This document shows, one piece after another, positions 52,801 through 64,000 of a stretch of DNA of 64,000 nucleotides. The notes below the pieces were generated by a model that did no database searches, was not told where the DNA came from, and saw only the letters and a program-made list of their open reading frames with translations. The stretch spans positions 16,080,101 to 16,144,100 of the forward strand of contig NC_092677.1 of NCBI RefSeq assembly GCF_964355755.1, read 5' to 3'. This DNA is from Antedon mediterranea. Lineage: Eukaryota; Animalia; Echinodermata. Numbering within the stretch: the stretch's first letter is position 1; each line of letters begins with the position of its first letter. Made by a program: the position numbers and the translations under genes.

Positions 52801-55800
52801 AAATCATATTAAATTCCAATAATGACACCGATAATGGCATACTTATGAAATGAAAATTGTTTAATATTTATTAAATGTACACTTGAGTTTAAGGCCGAAT
52901 CATTTTAAAACATATGGCTATTTATTAAAGAAAAAATCTTATTTTAGCTTGGTTCCCACTAGCAATGCAAGCTATGCAGAACAGCCCATCTTTCAAGTAA
53001 TGAAAATATTATTCCCATTCAACTCGTAAACATATTCATTATTTGTATACTATTTTAATATGTTGTTGATATGTCAAAAACAAGTAATGATTGTTGTGTA
53101 TTCATTGTTCGTTTGTTGAAAAGCCTGACTTGTTAAACAGAACAGTAGACCTTTCTCCCAATTCAACTCATAAACATTATCATTATTTCTATGCTATGTT
53201 ACAGTATATAAAGGATTTTTTTACTTCACTTTAGTATAACGTAAAACACTTTTGACATGAACCTTTGCTAATCTGTGCTAACGAGCTTAAGAAAATCGTG
53301 ATTGCAACAAGTCAGTGTTATGTATTAAAAATCATTAGATGTTGAGAATTAGTTCAATTTGATTTAATAACAATTTCACCTTCGATTAAATTTATAATTT
53401 TTTTTTTTAACAACTAAAGTTCTTGAAAACTTATTTTCAATTAACAACAATATTGTTAAAATAAAGATGTATTTTCCACAAAAGATGAATTGATAAAAGT
53501 AAAGATGACTTAATAAAAATAAAGAAGAATTATTAAAAATATATAACGATGAATGACATAAAATGTTGAATAGGCCATTTTGTAGTTTTATAATGAAGTT
53601 ATTCACTTTTGGCACAAAAAAAAAAATTAGCAAATACTTGAATGATTCCTCTTTTCAAAAATGTAAAAAATAAAGCAAACCCATTCACTTCCAGACAATG
53701 AGTTTCTGGTTGACTATTTTTAACCTTTTTATCCAATTGATAACTATTATGTGACATTAAAATGGCCTTACAACAACAATGAAATGTTAACATTTAAATT
53801 AATCTATAGTTGTGTAACTCTGAAAGCTAAAATAAAATAATATTAGTAATAAAATACTGTTGACAGTTTTACAATTGTTTACAAATTTAATTCTTTATTT
53901 TGAAATCAATATAAGTTTATTATTTTTACAAACAACCTTGACAAAAAACAATTTTGCTTTGAGCAATTGTCAAGAAAATAGGATGATTAATTTCTTCGTG
54001 ATTACAATATGTCTTCGGAATAGAGCGTGGCTCACGGAACATTTATTAAAATGTCAATTCTTTAATGTGCAGAAGAAAGCGATGGGTTTAAATGATAATT
54101 ATTATGTCACTAATAGTTAGTTTGTATCATTCATCAAATAATATATCAAACAGAATTTATATTAGAAAGAGCTAGTGACATTGGCTAACATAGAATGGAA
54201 ATACACATTATTTATATGGCACAAACTGTATTGTTTAATATTATTGGTTTACTGTCCTTATTTTTTTTATCTGATAAACCATACTTTTGTTTACGTAGAT
54301 ATGAATTTTATGAAAATTTTTTTTTCAATTTTCTGACAGACATGTCTAAGACTTATGTACAATTACTGTAAATTTTTATTTGCAAATTAGTATCAGAATT
54401 AAAATGTTTTTGTATTATATTATATAATAAATTTCAACTATTGAAACTGAAATTGTAAAATACTTTGAATTGCAGTCACATTTTATGGCGAAATGTTAAT
54501 GCTCTTTTTTTTTAAATGACAATTGTTAATGTTTGCTGATATTTGTTCATGTCTTCATTTTCTTTTTATCCAATCTGATGGAATTAATAATTAAACTTGA
54601 CCTTGGTTTATACAGTGGTACCAATCTATACAGTATACCATCACTCCCCAGGCCAGGCTCTAGTTTGAAAAGGGAACTTTACTGTAAATAAAAAAGCAGG
54701 TTTACTCAAAACTAGTTACCAAAATAGAAACATCATTGCAGCTCTGAAAAATATTTTCCTTTTTATGTGATTATTTTCAACATTCTTTTCTAAGTTTTTG
54801 GAAAATCTAATTTGATGTATTATAAATTATCAGTAATAAGTGAAATAGATCCACTGGCGTTGGTTTTTTATATTGGCGTTCTTTTTATGAACAAAGATCT
54901 TCTTTCGTGGTATGGCGCATTGCAAATGCTCCGTTACATTTTGGTACTATTATAAAAGTCATTTTCTACTTAAGTGCCCTTAATTTAGTTTTTTTATCTA
55001 TGTATTTTGAATATTTGTTTTCAATGTAAGCATCAAATTCCTCGTTTTTCATGCAATTTGTGGTATTCATAGTTTTACAAAACGAGTTGGCTAATTTACG
55101 CAAGACAGAAAAGATGTTTAGAACATTACATTTTTCGAATTGTGCTTCACGTCCGTTTGTGATAGTGGTTATTGCATCGTGCTACAAATGTCAATGGTTT
55201 ATTAATACTCTCATTAAGGGCCTTCTAAATTGCAGATGCTCATTTCAGCTGGCGGCTAGTCTTATTGCAGTGATGTTGTCTACTTTTTGAAACTAAGTTT
55301 GGAACATTAAAGAGCATCTGATTTTTGGCAGGTTACACAAATGTCAATTGTAGGCAGTAAATCTTGATGTTTAATTCAATAATTGTTGTACTATACCCGA
55401 AGCAGAAACTTGAAAATACCATTTTTGAATAAAATTTTTAAACCTGAAAAGATATCAGTCTAGTTGCAGTGATCCTAGCTGCAGTGATTAAAGACTATCC
55501 GATTTTTTAGCAGGTTGCAGTCTGAACCCAAAGAAACTTCCATTTTATTTTCAATAAAATGTTCAAACCTGCAAAGATATCAGTCTAGTAAATCTAAATA
55601 CAAATCATAAATAATAACAATGATTTAATAATTATTATTCTTACTTGGCCTTATATATTTAATATTTTGGGTTAAAATCCAATTTTTCATTTCTGTTTTT
55701 CCCCATCTCTCACTTCCCCACCTCTTTAATATTTATATTTTTTTAACCTTTATACAACATTTTATACTATAAAATATATAATTATTTAGTTTGGTCAAGA

Positions 55801-58800
55801 TGATGATGATTTAAACTAACATTAAAATGAATAAATGATGATGATTATTAAATTATGGTGGTTTTTGGATAGAGAAACTCACTTCCTCACTCTATTCTCC
55901 CGTCTCATATCGTTTGAAATATTAAATTCTGTTTACTATAAGTGTGTAAATAAGTGCTAATTTGTTACAATCAATCACACCCGTATAGTACATAAAAGTT
56001 AGTGGTAGGTTACCCAGGCTGTAAGTAAGCTGAGTTAATTATCGCCCAAAGTTTATTTATCAATTAATTCAGGTGCGGACTGAGAAATAAGATAAGCAAT
56101 GGTCACTTTGTTTAATTATTTTTACACCACGCGATAATACACTGCAAACATATGCACATAATGTATATTTGTTTAAAAATATCAATCAATAATGTATTGA
56201 TTATCAAGTTTATCAATAGGTTACATGGTCAATGCTTTCAAATTGACCACCAAATGAAATATCCAAAATGCCTCTGAGCATAGTAGAATTGATGTGTGCT
56301 ATATATTCCTCATGAAAAAGCCTGTCTGATTTTTGTATTTGTTGTGTATTTACTTTGCTCAACTTTAGTACTACTTTTTTTGCTCCAGTTGGTTCAAAGA
56401 CAAGTTATTAAAATAGATAGTCTTGAATTTATTTTATCATGTACTTAATAGACGCAAAATGAAGCACGGCAACGATGAACAATTTATACGTAAATACATT
56501 TACTGAATGAGCGTCAAATTGAAATATATGGCGTTTGACAATGTAATGTTGTAGTTTGTCAGTTAAATTTTTATGTACAGATTACGTGCTCTAATTCTGT
56601 AGATAAATGTAATCCATAAAATTGACTAATACGATGTGTTCTATACTTTAAACCTATCTATATTAGTCCCAAGGCGTGCGTCTTGCTGGCACCCGCTATA
56701 TAATAAAGGTATATTGTCAAGTTTCATGGGTTTTCTTTAGCTCTTTCCGTACTCTTGAAATTGTTAAGAATAATCATAAATCTTGATTTTATCCCTGCCA
56801 TGTAATTATAATTGTGGATGCCAATTGTACAACTGTAACATGTTATTGTTAGAGTTAGATTCTAAATATGGACTACTGCAATTCTGCATAGAAATTTAGA
56901 AGACACTTGAGGATCCAGGTACATGAATAATTAATTTTTCTTTTCTCCTTTTGGTTCGGTAATCCTTGTCCTAAAAATAATTAAATTATAAGTTAAAAAT
57001 AATTTGTTATATTTAGTTTTTGTTTATTGAAATTTCTGCCAAATACTAAAAGACACCACAATTTTTCGCATTGCATATTGCAAAGCATGAAAATAAACCA
57101 AAGGTTTCCAATTATAGTAATTATATCACTGTACTATTCAAATCATTTAACTCATAAACGTTAATTATTTGTCTTAAATTTATTGTAATGAATTTTAAAA
57201 TTAGTAGGTTTTAAAGGTGGCTCTACATACCTTAAATCACCTTCTCTCACGCTTATAATTTGTCTTGTTCAATCATTTTAAGAAAAAAAGAAAATGTCTC
57301 GAGGCTTTAGGATCATAATCAGGTTTAACAATAAAATTATTGTTATATCAGAGTAATTTGTTTTCGTTCACAGTAATTCTTATTCTAAAATAACTTTTAG
57401 TAGCATTTAGTCGTCTGTTGTCTAATGATGCTCAACGAAATTGCTAATGTTTTAGGAAATCCACATCCATTCCAATCATCTTATTATGAAAATATAACAT
57501 AAGTTTGACTGTGTGTCTGCATATCATATATTCTATACCCAGCTGTAGTTTGTTATATGGATTAGAAGAAGGAAATGATCGGGAGGCAGAGTTCCGATGA
57601 AGGAGATTCTATAACAACTTTTTAAAATCATAAACCATAATTGAGAACATTTGATATTCCTGTGTGCATCGGTAAAATGTTAGTGATTACATCTGGTGAA
57701 AAACGAGGGTATAAAATCTATTTGATATTGAGTGATGGGATTAGATTTCTAAATGAACATGCCGGTAGTAATAAATGGAATCAAAACCCGTCCTAATTCA
57801 ACTGCTGTCTTGGGCCTGCTTTCTAGGCCTGGTTCTGTCATAACAGCTACTGTAAGACTGATGGATTTCCTACAGAAGTATATATACATTTATCCTCTAG
57901 CATTTTCAGTTTATCTTCTTCTCTGTCGCATGAACAATTTTTTAATCAGTATAAGTAACATATAATTGATTACTTAAGCCCACTTGACCCCTGTGACCTT
58001 GTTTTTATTGGTTGATCCTCTGGATTTGCCAGATTTCCTTCTATATCTATTATGGATGATTTTGTAATAGAGGATAAGTCCGCACCCCAGTATATGTACA
58101 GGTAATACTAGTGCGGCTTAACCACAATACAAGCACCTGTGTATGCTGTCAGATCTTGTGGCCAACACCTGCCTACTCTATTGCTTGTATCCGTCACTGT
58201 CATTTTTACCTTTCGCTAATCCTCTTGCAGAGCTCGCAACTATCTGGCAAACAGTAGACCTAAAGTTTAAGGAGGCTGTAAATTAAAGAACAGTGTCGAG
58301 ATTAATCATTGTACTTTCTCCATTTTCTTTGGTAACCTATTTTCGTAGCTAGATGCTGTTTATCACAACTGTAGGGAAAATGGAGAACGTTAAACAGAAA
58401 GATAAATGATGAGAAGTGCAAAAATAGTAGTAAAGGTAAACGCAGAATTATGAGGAAGTGGGACAACCAAAATGGGTCTAAATTTAATTAGCATAAACAT
58501 AGTTGTATTAGTTGTGTAGTACATTCATGCAATAAGTGTATGGAAAGAATACCGCTTTTATTGAGCCAAATTAATGCTGTGAAAGCAGCGCATCATCAAA
58601 AAGGAATCAGACACTGAACTTTAGTATACATAATTACTACATTATGTTGACAGGGTTTGGAAACAGAAATGCTATTTCTTTGTAAATGAATTCATAAATA
58701 TTTTTATTTTATTTTGAACTTCATACAATAGCGCATAAATGTCCATAACATGATTAAAACATTAAACCATGCCAAAATATTTAAATATGATTAAAAAAGG

Positions 58801-59949
58801 TTGTTAATAATATATAAATCAGTATTTTTTTTCTGTACATAAAAAAAATATTATATAAAGTTTGATAACCTCCTTGTACTTACTAAATATATATATACAT
58901 TTAGAATAATTTTTTAATCTGTTTATCAATGTTTTGCAAATTAAAGTATTTTATGATTATTGTGACTCAATCAAAATTAGTTGCCCTTTTCAAGTAGTTC
59001 AACTTACCTTAATTATTTATTTTTAGCTATTTAATATTCATAAACCAGTGATTTATTATTTATTGATTTCATGGTTTGATAAAATTATTTGGGTTTTAAT
59101 TCAATTAATAATTCCATCAATTAACTATATAGGCCTATTTATACATAATAAGTAAAATAAAAACAATATAGTTTGTAGTGTTTAATCCAATAAATCAAGT
59201 TCTAATTTTAAAGATTAATTTTCAATCTATTAAATCTGGCTTAATACTGTTCCAGTCAAATATTATATAAATAATTTTTTTTTAAATGTTTATGAGTTAA
59301 ATTGGGAGATTATTTTCATGAATTTTGCTAACATTTGGATTTGAAAAAGTGCCAAAACTATAAAATTTAGTATATAAGAAAATTAGCTTCAACTTATTCC
59401 GTCCCATGCCTAATCACGCATAGTGTGTGGTTTTACTAGAAATCAAGGAAAGAAGGATTTTGGAATTATCTTAACTGTAGGCAGTTGAGCCATGGCACAA
59501 CCTATAGCTTTTGTTCAGGAAACAATGCGACAAATTACTGTAATTTGAGCTACACTTAAGGTGATATTATGCCGCTTTAATATCCACATAAAGTAACCAA
59601 AAAATCCCTTTAATGTTTCCTTCACAGAAGGCTTAAGAAAGATGGACAGAACATATGGTTTATGCATGAGGAATTATTTCCTCCATGGCACATATGCTTG
59701 TTTATTTTATTGATATCCTTTTTTCAAATTATGAAATGAAATAAAAGGAAGACTGATGTACTGTACGTTTAATTAATAAGTCATCCTAGTAAACATGTCA
59801 TAATGTCTTAAGAATACCAGTAATATAAATAATAACAATTAAAACAAGGGACCATGTCAAAATTACTCTACTGCAGTTTACTGCAGTAGTAGTATTTTGT
59901 TTACTCTTTAATTTGTTTTTGCAATTATTTAGGTTTTCTTGTCTTTCTT

Positions 59950-60220
59950 CGACCAAAAATTGGATCGAAAAAAAATTTATTTACCTGAAAAACCTGAAAA
60001 AATTGGAATTTAAAGCAAAAAATGGTCAAATTGGCTGCCAGCCAATGGATTTTTGGTTGAATTTAACCATATATCATGTTATTTTATAAGTGAAAACATT
60101 TTTTTCCGGGTTTTTTTCTACGGAAGTGATTCACTTTATTAAAACTACAAAAAAACCTATTCAAAGTCTGATTTAATTAATCTTCATTTTTCATGTTTTT
60201 GGGGGACAATACATCTTTAA
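59950..60220. mobile_element. Second TTAA-ended (Kolobok-like) MITE family, diverged copy
   Basis: Right end GGGGGACAATACATCT|TTAA. The left part matches 20285-20426 (reverse) and the right part matches about 21795-21890 (direct). Confidence 0.55.
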
Positions 60221-61884
60221 AGGAAAATTGGCAGATCAATTTATTGTATATGTAGAACATTATTAAATGTTCAAATATGTTTTATCTCCATGGAGGACAA
60301 TTTTCATCTTATTACATTTTTTATGTACACTTATAATGTGTATAAAGTTTAAGTCTAAGTCATACCAGTAAATATGTCATTCTTTAGATACCACACCAGT
60401 AAATAATATGGTATTATAAGTCAAATGAAATTACAGTTTCCAATCATAGTCTCTTAACAATGAAAGAAAATATAATTTTTCTGTCTATACCTTCATATAT
60501 CATAATAACATTTATTTTTAAATATATGAATTTTAATGTTTTTACTACACTGTAGTAATTAGTCTTTATTTTTACATAATTTCCATAGTTTTACTAATTC
60601 ATTGCAGATTTTAAAGACATTCTGGAGTGGTTTTCGATAACTTTGTAGAATTTAAAAATGATTTGAATATTTTCTATTGTAAATATACTTTAACATTGTA
60701 AATCATTTTGTTGTTGTAATTTCTATATGGGAAAAATATGAGGAATTTTAATTGTTTTATGTTACTGTAATTCTTAAAAATACTAAAATTATAGTGAATA
60801 TATTTGCACCATTTTGTACTGTACTGTATGTTATGAAGTCAATATTTTATGTAATATATTTACTGTAGCATATGCTGGTAATTTACACAAACCAATGATC
60901 ATTTTATAAGAGCATTTTAGAATATGTCATATTTTTTTATGTGGAAATTGCTGTCATTATTGTACATGTTATGTACATTACTGAATCTCATCTAGGTCGT
61001 TGTCGGCGTATCATACTCAAAAAGTGATAAGATCAAACATATTGTTTGATACGTGGTCATAAGTTCATATTGATAATTGGTAGATCGTCTGCTTCGGATG
61101 GATCACTAGTTATTGCTGGTAATCCTTCGGTTGTTCCTGCGGGCAATCTGCGTGGCTCGTGCATTAAAAGAATGTAACAAATTTGCACTAATCTCTCTTC
61201 AGTAACGGGTCATACATCAACGTATCAACTGTGTATTTGAAAGCGGCTAGGCTTTTCCAGTCGTTCAGAACAGCTGTTGTTTCCTTAATGCAACCTGGCC
61301 TTGTCGCAGATATACAGTTATTACTATTTCCTTCTAGGAGTTATTAACAATGATTTGTTAAACACGATTGGGTTGTCACGTTTAATGACAATGACAAGGA
61401 TGTAGGTTACAGAACTAGAAATTCTTTTTAAACTTTCATTAAAACTAACCAATTACCTGTCAATGTATTCATTCTGTAATTATGAATTACTGTGATTTAT
61501 AATAATTTAATTTGTGTTTAATGCAAATTTGATTTTATTTTACGCAATATGTATCGCCATACAATTATAGTAGAAGCATTTTATTTCCATAGGGGTTGTC
61601 TCTAGGCACTCTATTATAAGTGAAGATGATACGTGTGTGACATCAGTATTTGTTATTTTTACTTTCTGTTATTTTTAAGTTCTTTGATTTATAATAATTT
61701 AATTTTTATTGAATGCAGTTTCTTAATTTTACTCTATTCAATGAATGTTATGTCCATTTATAATGCAATATTTCCATAGAAGGGTTGTTTCTTGTAAATC
61801 TTACAGTAAATATTTGTGAAGTGTTATTATAGTGGTTTTCAAAAATAAAACATTCAAAAATAAGGGTAACAACCTAAATTAAAG

Positions 61885-62132
61885 TCATTTTAGATAAAAC
61901 TTAAAAAAAAAAAAATGGAGATGGGCAAGACACAACCGATGGACAAAAAGAGTAAAAGAATTGGCAACCAAGAACTTGGTGTGGAGATGACAAAGACAAA
62001 AAGAAGGTGGGGAGAATATGGCATCAAGTGAAGACTGCCATCTGGTTGACAGTTTGAGAGAAGAGGAGTTGAAAAATGCTCGAGGAGGGTTACATCCAGC
62101 AGTAGGTGACATAATCTATGGTGATGATGATG
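61885..62132 (+). mobile_element. 5'-truncated RTE-clade LINE 3' end
   Basis: Frameshifted translation KKKWRWARH..NRWTKRVKE(W)QPRT...RQKRRWGE...EEGYIQQ*V matches the RTE ORF C-terminus pattern. It ends in a (TGA)n tail. Confidence 0.8.
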
Positions 62133-63004
62133 TTATATACTTTTGTCACTATTTACCGCAGCAGTTTCTCAATACTGTACTTAATAGCAGCTTCTCCTCT
62201 GAACTTACAATATGCCACTCATATATCCAGTATCTATCAACATTTTACAGAAAATTTTAAAGCAACAGTAAATTTCAAATAATTTTTAGCTAATCAGAAG
62301 AAAACAATATTAAATAATAAAAATGATATATGGCATCTAAAGTATCTGATAGTTGAACTACAACAATCTGCAAATAATTTCCCTTGAACATACAAAACTT
62401 ATGAATATTAATGAGCTTATTAATTAGTTATGCGGGAGTATAAGAAACTTTCCCCTGGGTAGTAAGCAATTATCATCTGACAATGACCGACTTTCTCAAT
62501 CCATATTTAGTACTTTTATTGGATCAATCAAAACATTTAATCCAAATGAATTTGTTTCAACATCTGCGCAATCCATTTGAGATTTCTAGGTGAATTCCAA
62601 TACGGTACTAGCCCAACATAAAATTTCAATAAAAATCAATTAGACAACAATTTTACCTTTGTGCCAGTTGGTTAGCCACCAGAACACACTGGTTAATTAA
62701 AATTGAAATCTAAACGTCTAATGGGGGATATTAATTATGCATGTAGTTTTGTAATGTTCATTCCCATAACAAAAAGTCTTAGTAGTTATAGCTCTATAGC
62801 GGTTAGCCTTATAGTCTATCCGGCTTAGTAGATATAGAGCTGTCGCCTATTTATCACCTACTAGTAGATAGATATTTGATAGATTTTTTATAGTTGTTAG
62901 TAGATTTTTGCCTCATTAGCATATTTCGCGATGATATTAGTAGGCGACACCTACTAAATACAACTATGATTAGACTACCAATAATCTATCTAGAATGGAT
63001 TCTT

Positions 63005-64000
63005 AATTGGCTATTATTTGGCTTTTAAAAATCTACATTAATTTGCTATTTATGGGCTATTAAAAATCTACTATTTAAATGACTATTATTGGGCTATTAA
63101 AAATCTGTATAAATTGGCTATTATTTGGCAATTAAAAATCTACATAAAATGGCTATAATTTGTCTACTTAAAATCTACATTATTTGGCTATTAATATACT
63201 ATTAAAAATCTACTAAATAATTGGCTATTATTCAACTACTAAAAATCTACATTATTTGCCTATTATTGGGCTATTAAAAATCTACATAAAAATGGCTATT
63301 ATTTGTCTACTAAAAATCTACATTATTTTGCTATTATTGGGCTATTAAAAATCTACTTAAAAATGGCTATTATTTGTCTACTAAAAATCTACATTATTTG
63401 GCTATTATTGGGCTATTAAAAATCTACATAAAAATGGCTATTATTTGTCTACTAAAAATCTACATTATTTGGCTATTATTGGGCTATTAAAAATCTACAT
63501 AAAAATGGCTATTATTTGTCTACTAAAAATCTACATTATTTGGCTATTATTGGGCTATTAAAAATCTACATAAAAATGGCTATTATTTGTCTACTAAAAA
63601 TCTACATTATTTGGATATTATTGGTCTATTAAAAATCTACTTAAAAATGGCTATTATTTGTCTACTAAAAATCTACATTATTTAGCTATTATTGGTCTAT
63701 TAAAAATCTACTTAAAAATGGCTATTATTTGTCTACTAAAAATCTACATTATTTGGCTATTATTGGGCTATTAAAAATCTACACTATTTGGCTATTATTG
63801 GGCTGTTAAAAATCTACTTAAAAATGGCTATTATTTGTCTACTAAAAATCTACATTATTTGGCTATTATTGGGCTATTAAAAATCTACATTATTTGGCTA
63901 TTATTGGGCTATTAACAATCTACATATAGATATTATTGGACTATTAAAAATCTACATATAACTATTATTGGGCTATTAACAATCTACATATAGATATTAT
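63005..64000. repeat. Tandem satellite with ~35-bp monomers, forming a 71-bp dimer in its core; truncated by the window end
   Basis: GGCTATTATTGGGCTATTAAAAATCTACATAAAAAT (36 bp) alternates with GGCTATTATTTGTCTACTAAAAATCTACATTATTT (35 bp). Monomers are more degenerate at 63005-63250. Confidence 0.97.

Noticed and set aside
52945-53290. Harbinger-like MITE starting AGCTTGGTTCCCACTAG
   Set aside because: The putative right TIR is too diverged to define an element.
62018-62260. 80-aa ORF as a host exon
   Set aside because: It is an off-frame reading of a degenerate RTE LINE end.
63005-64000. CRISPR array or telomeric repeat
   Set aside because: No variable spacers and no TTAGGG-like motif; it is a simple satellite.

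Overview
AT-rich (roughly 70% A+T by eye) animal genomic DNA, not prokaryotic. The repeat types (Deu/Nin-domain SINEs, L2 and RTE LINE remnants, TTAA/TA/TAA-flanked MITEs, frequent TAGGCCTA motifs) suggest a marine invertebrate, possibly an echinoderm; this is inference. The only convincing host coding sequence is two + strand exons (43339-43460 and 48740-48920) that splice in frame to give the first Ig domain of a Roundabout (Robo) receptor. The signal-peptide exon and the Ig2 exon were not found, so most of the window is probably intron. A 47-bp tandem array opens the window and a 71-bp (36+35) dimeric array closes it. The most notable non-standard signal is a set of 20-30 bp CAT...ATG hairpin insertions with 7-bp flanking duplications. 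One is proven by an empty-site paralog in the same window, and they look like P-element-type excision footprints or minimal MITEs. The Robo Ig1 also carries substitutions at positions linked to Slit binding. Nearly all ORFs in the supplied track are spurious. No CRISPR array, operon or intact transposase is present.
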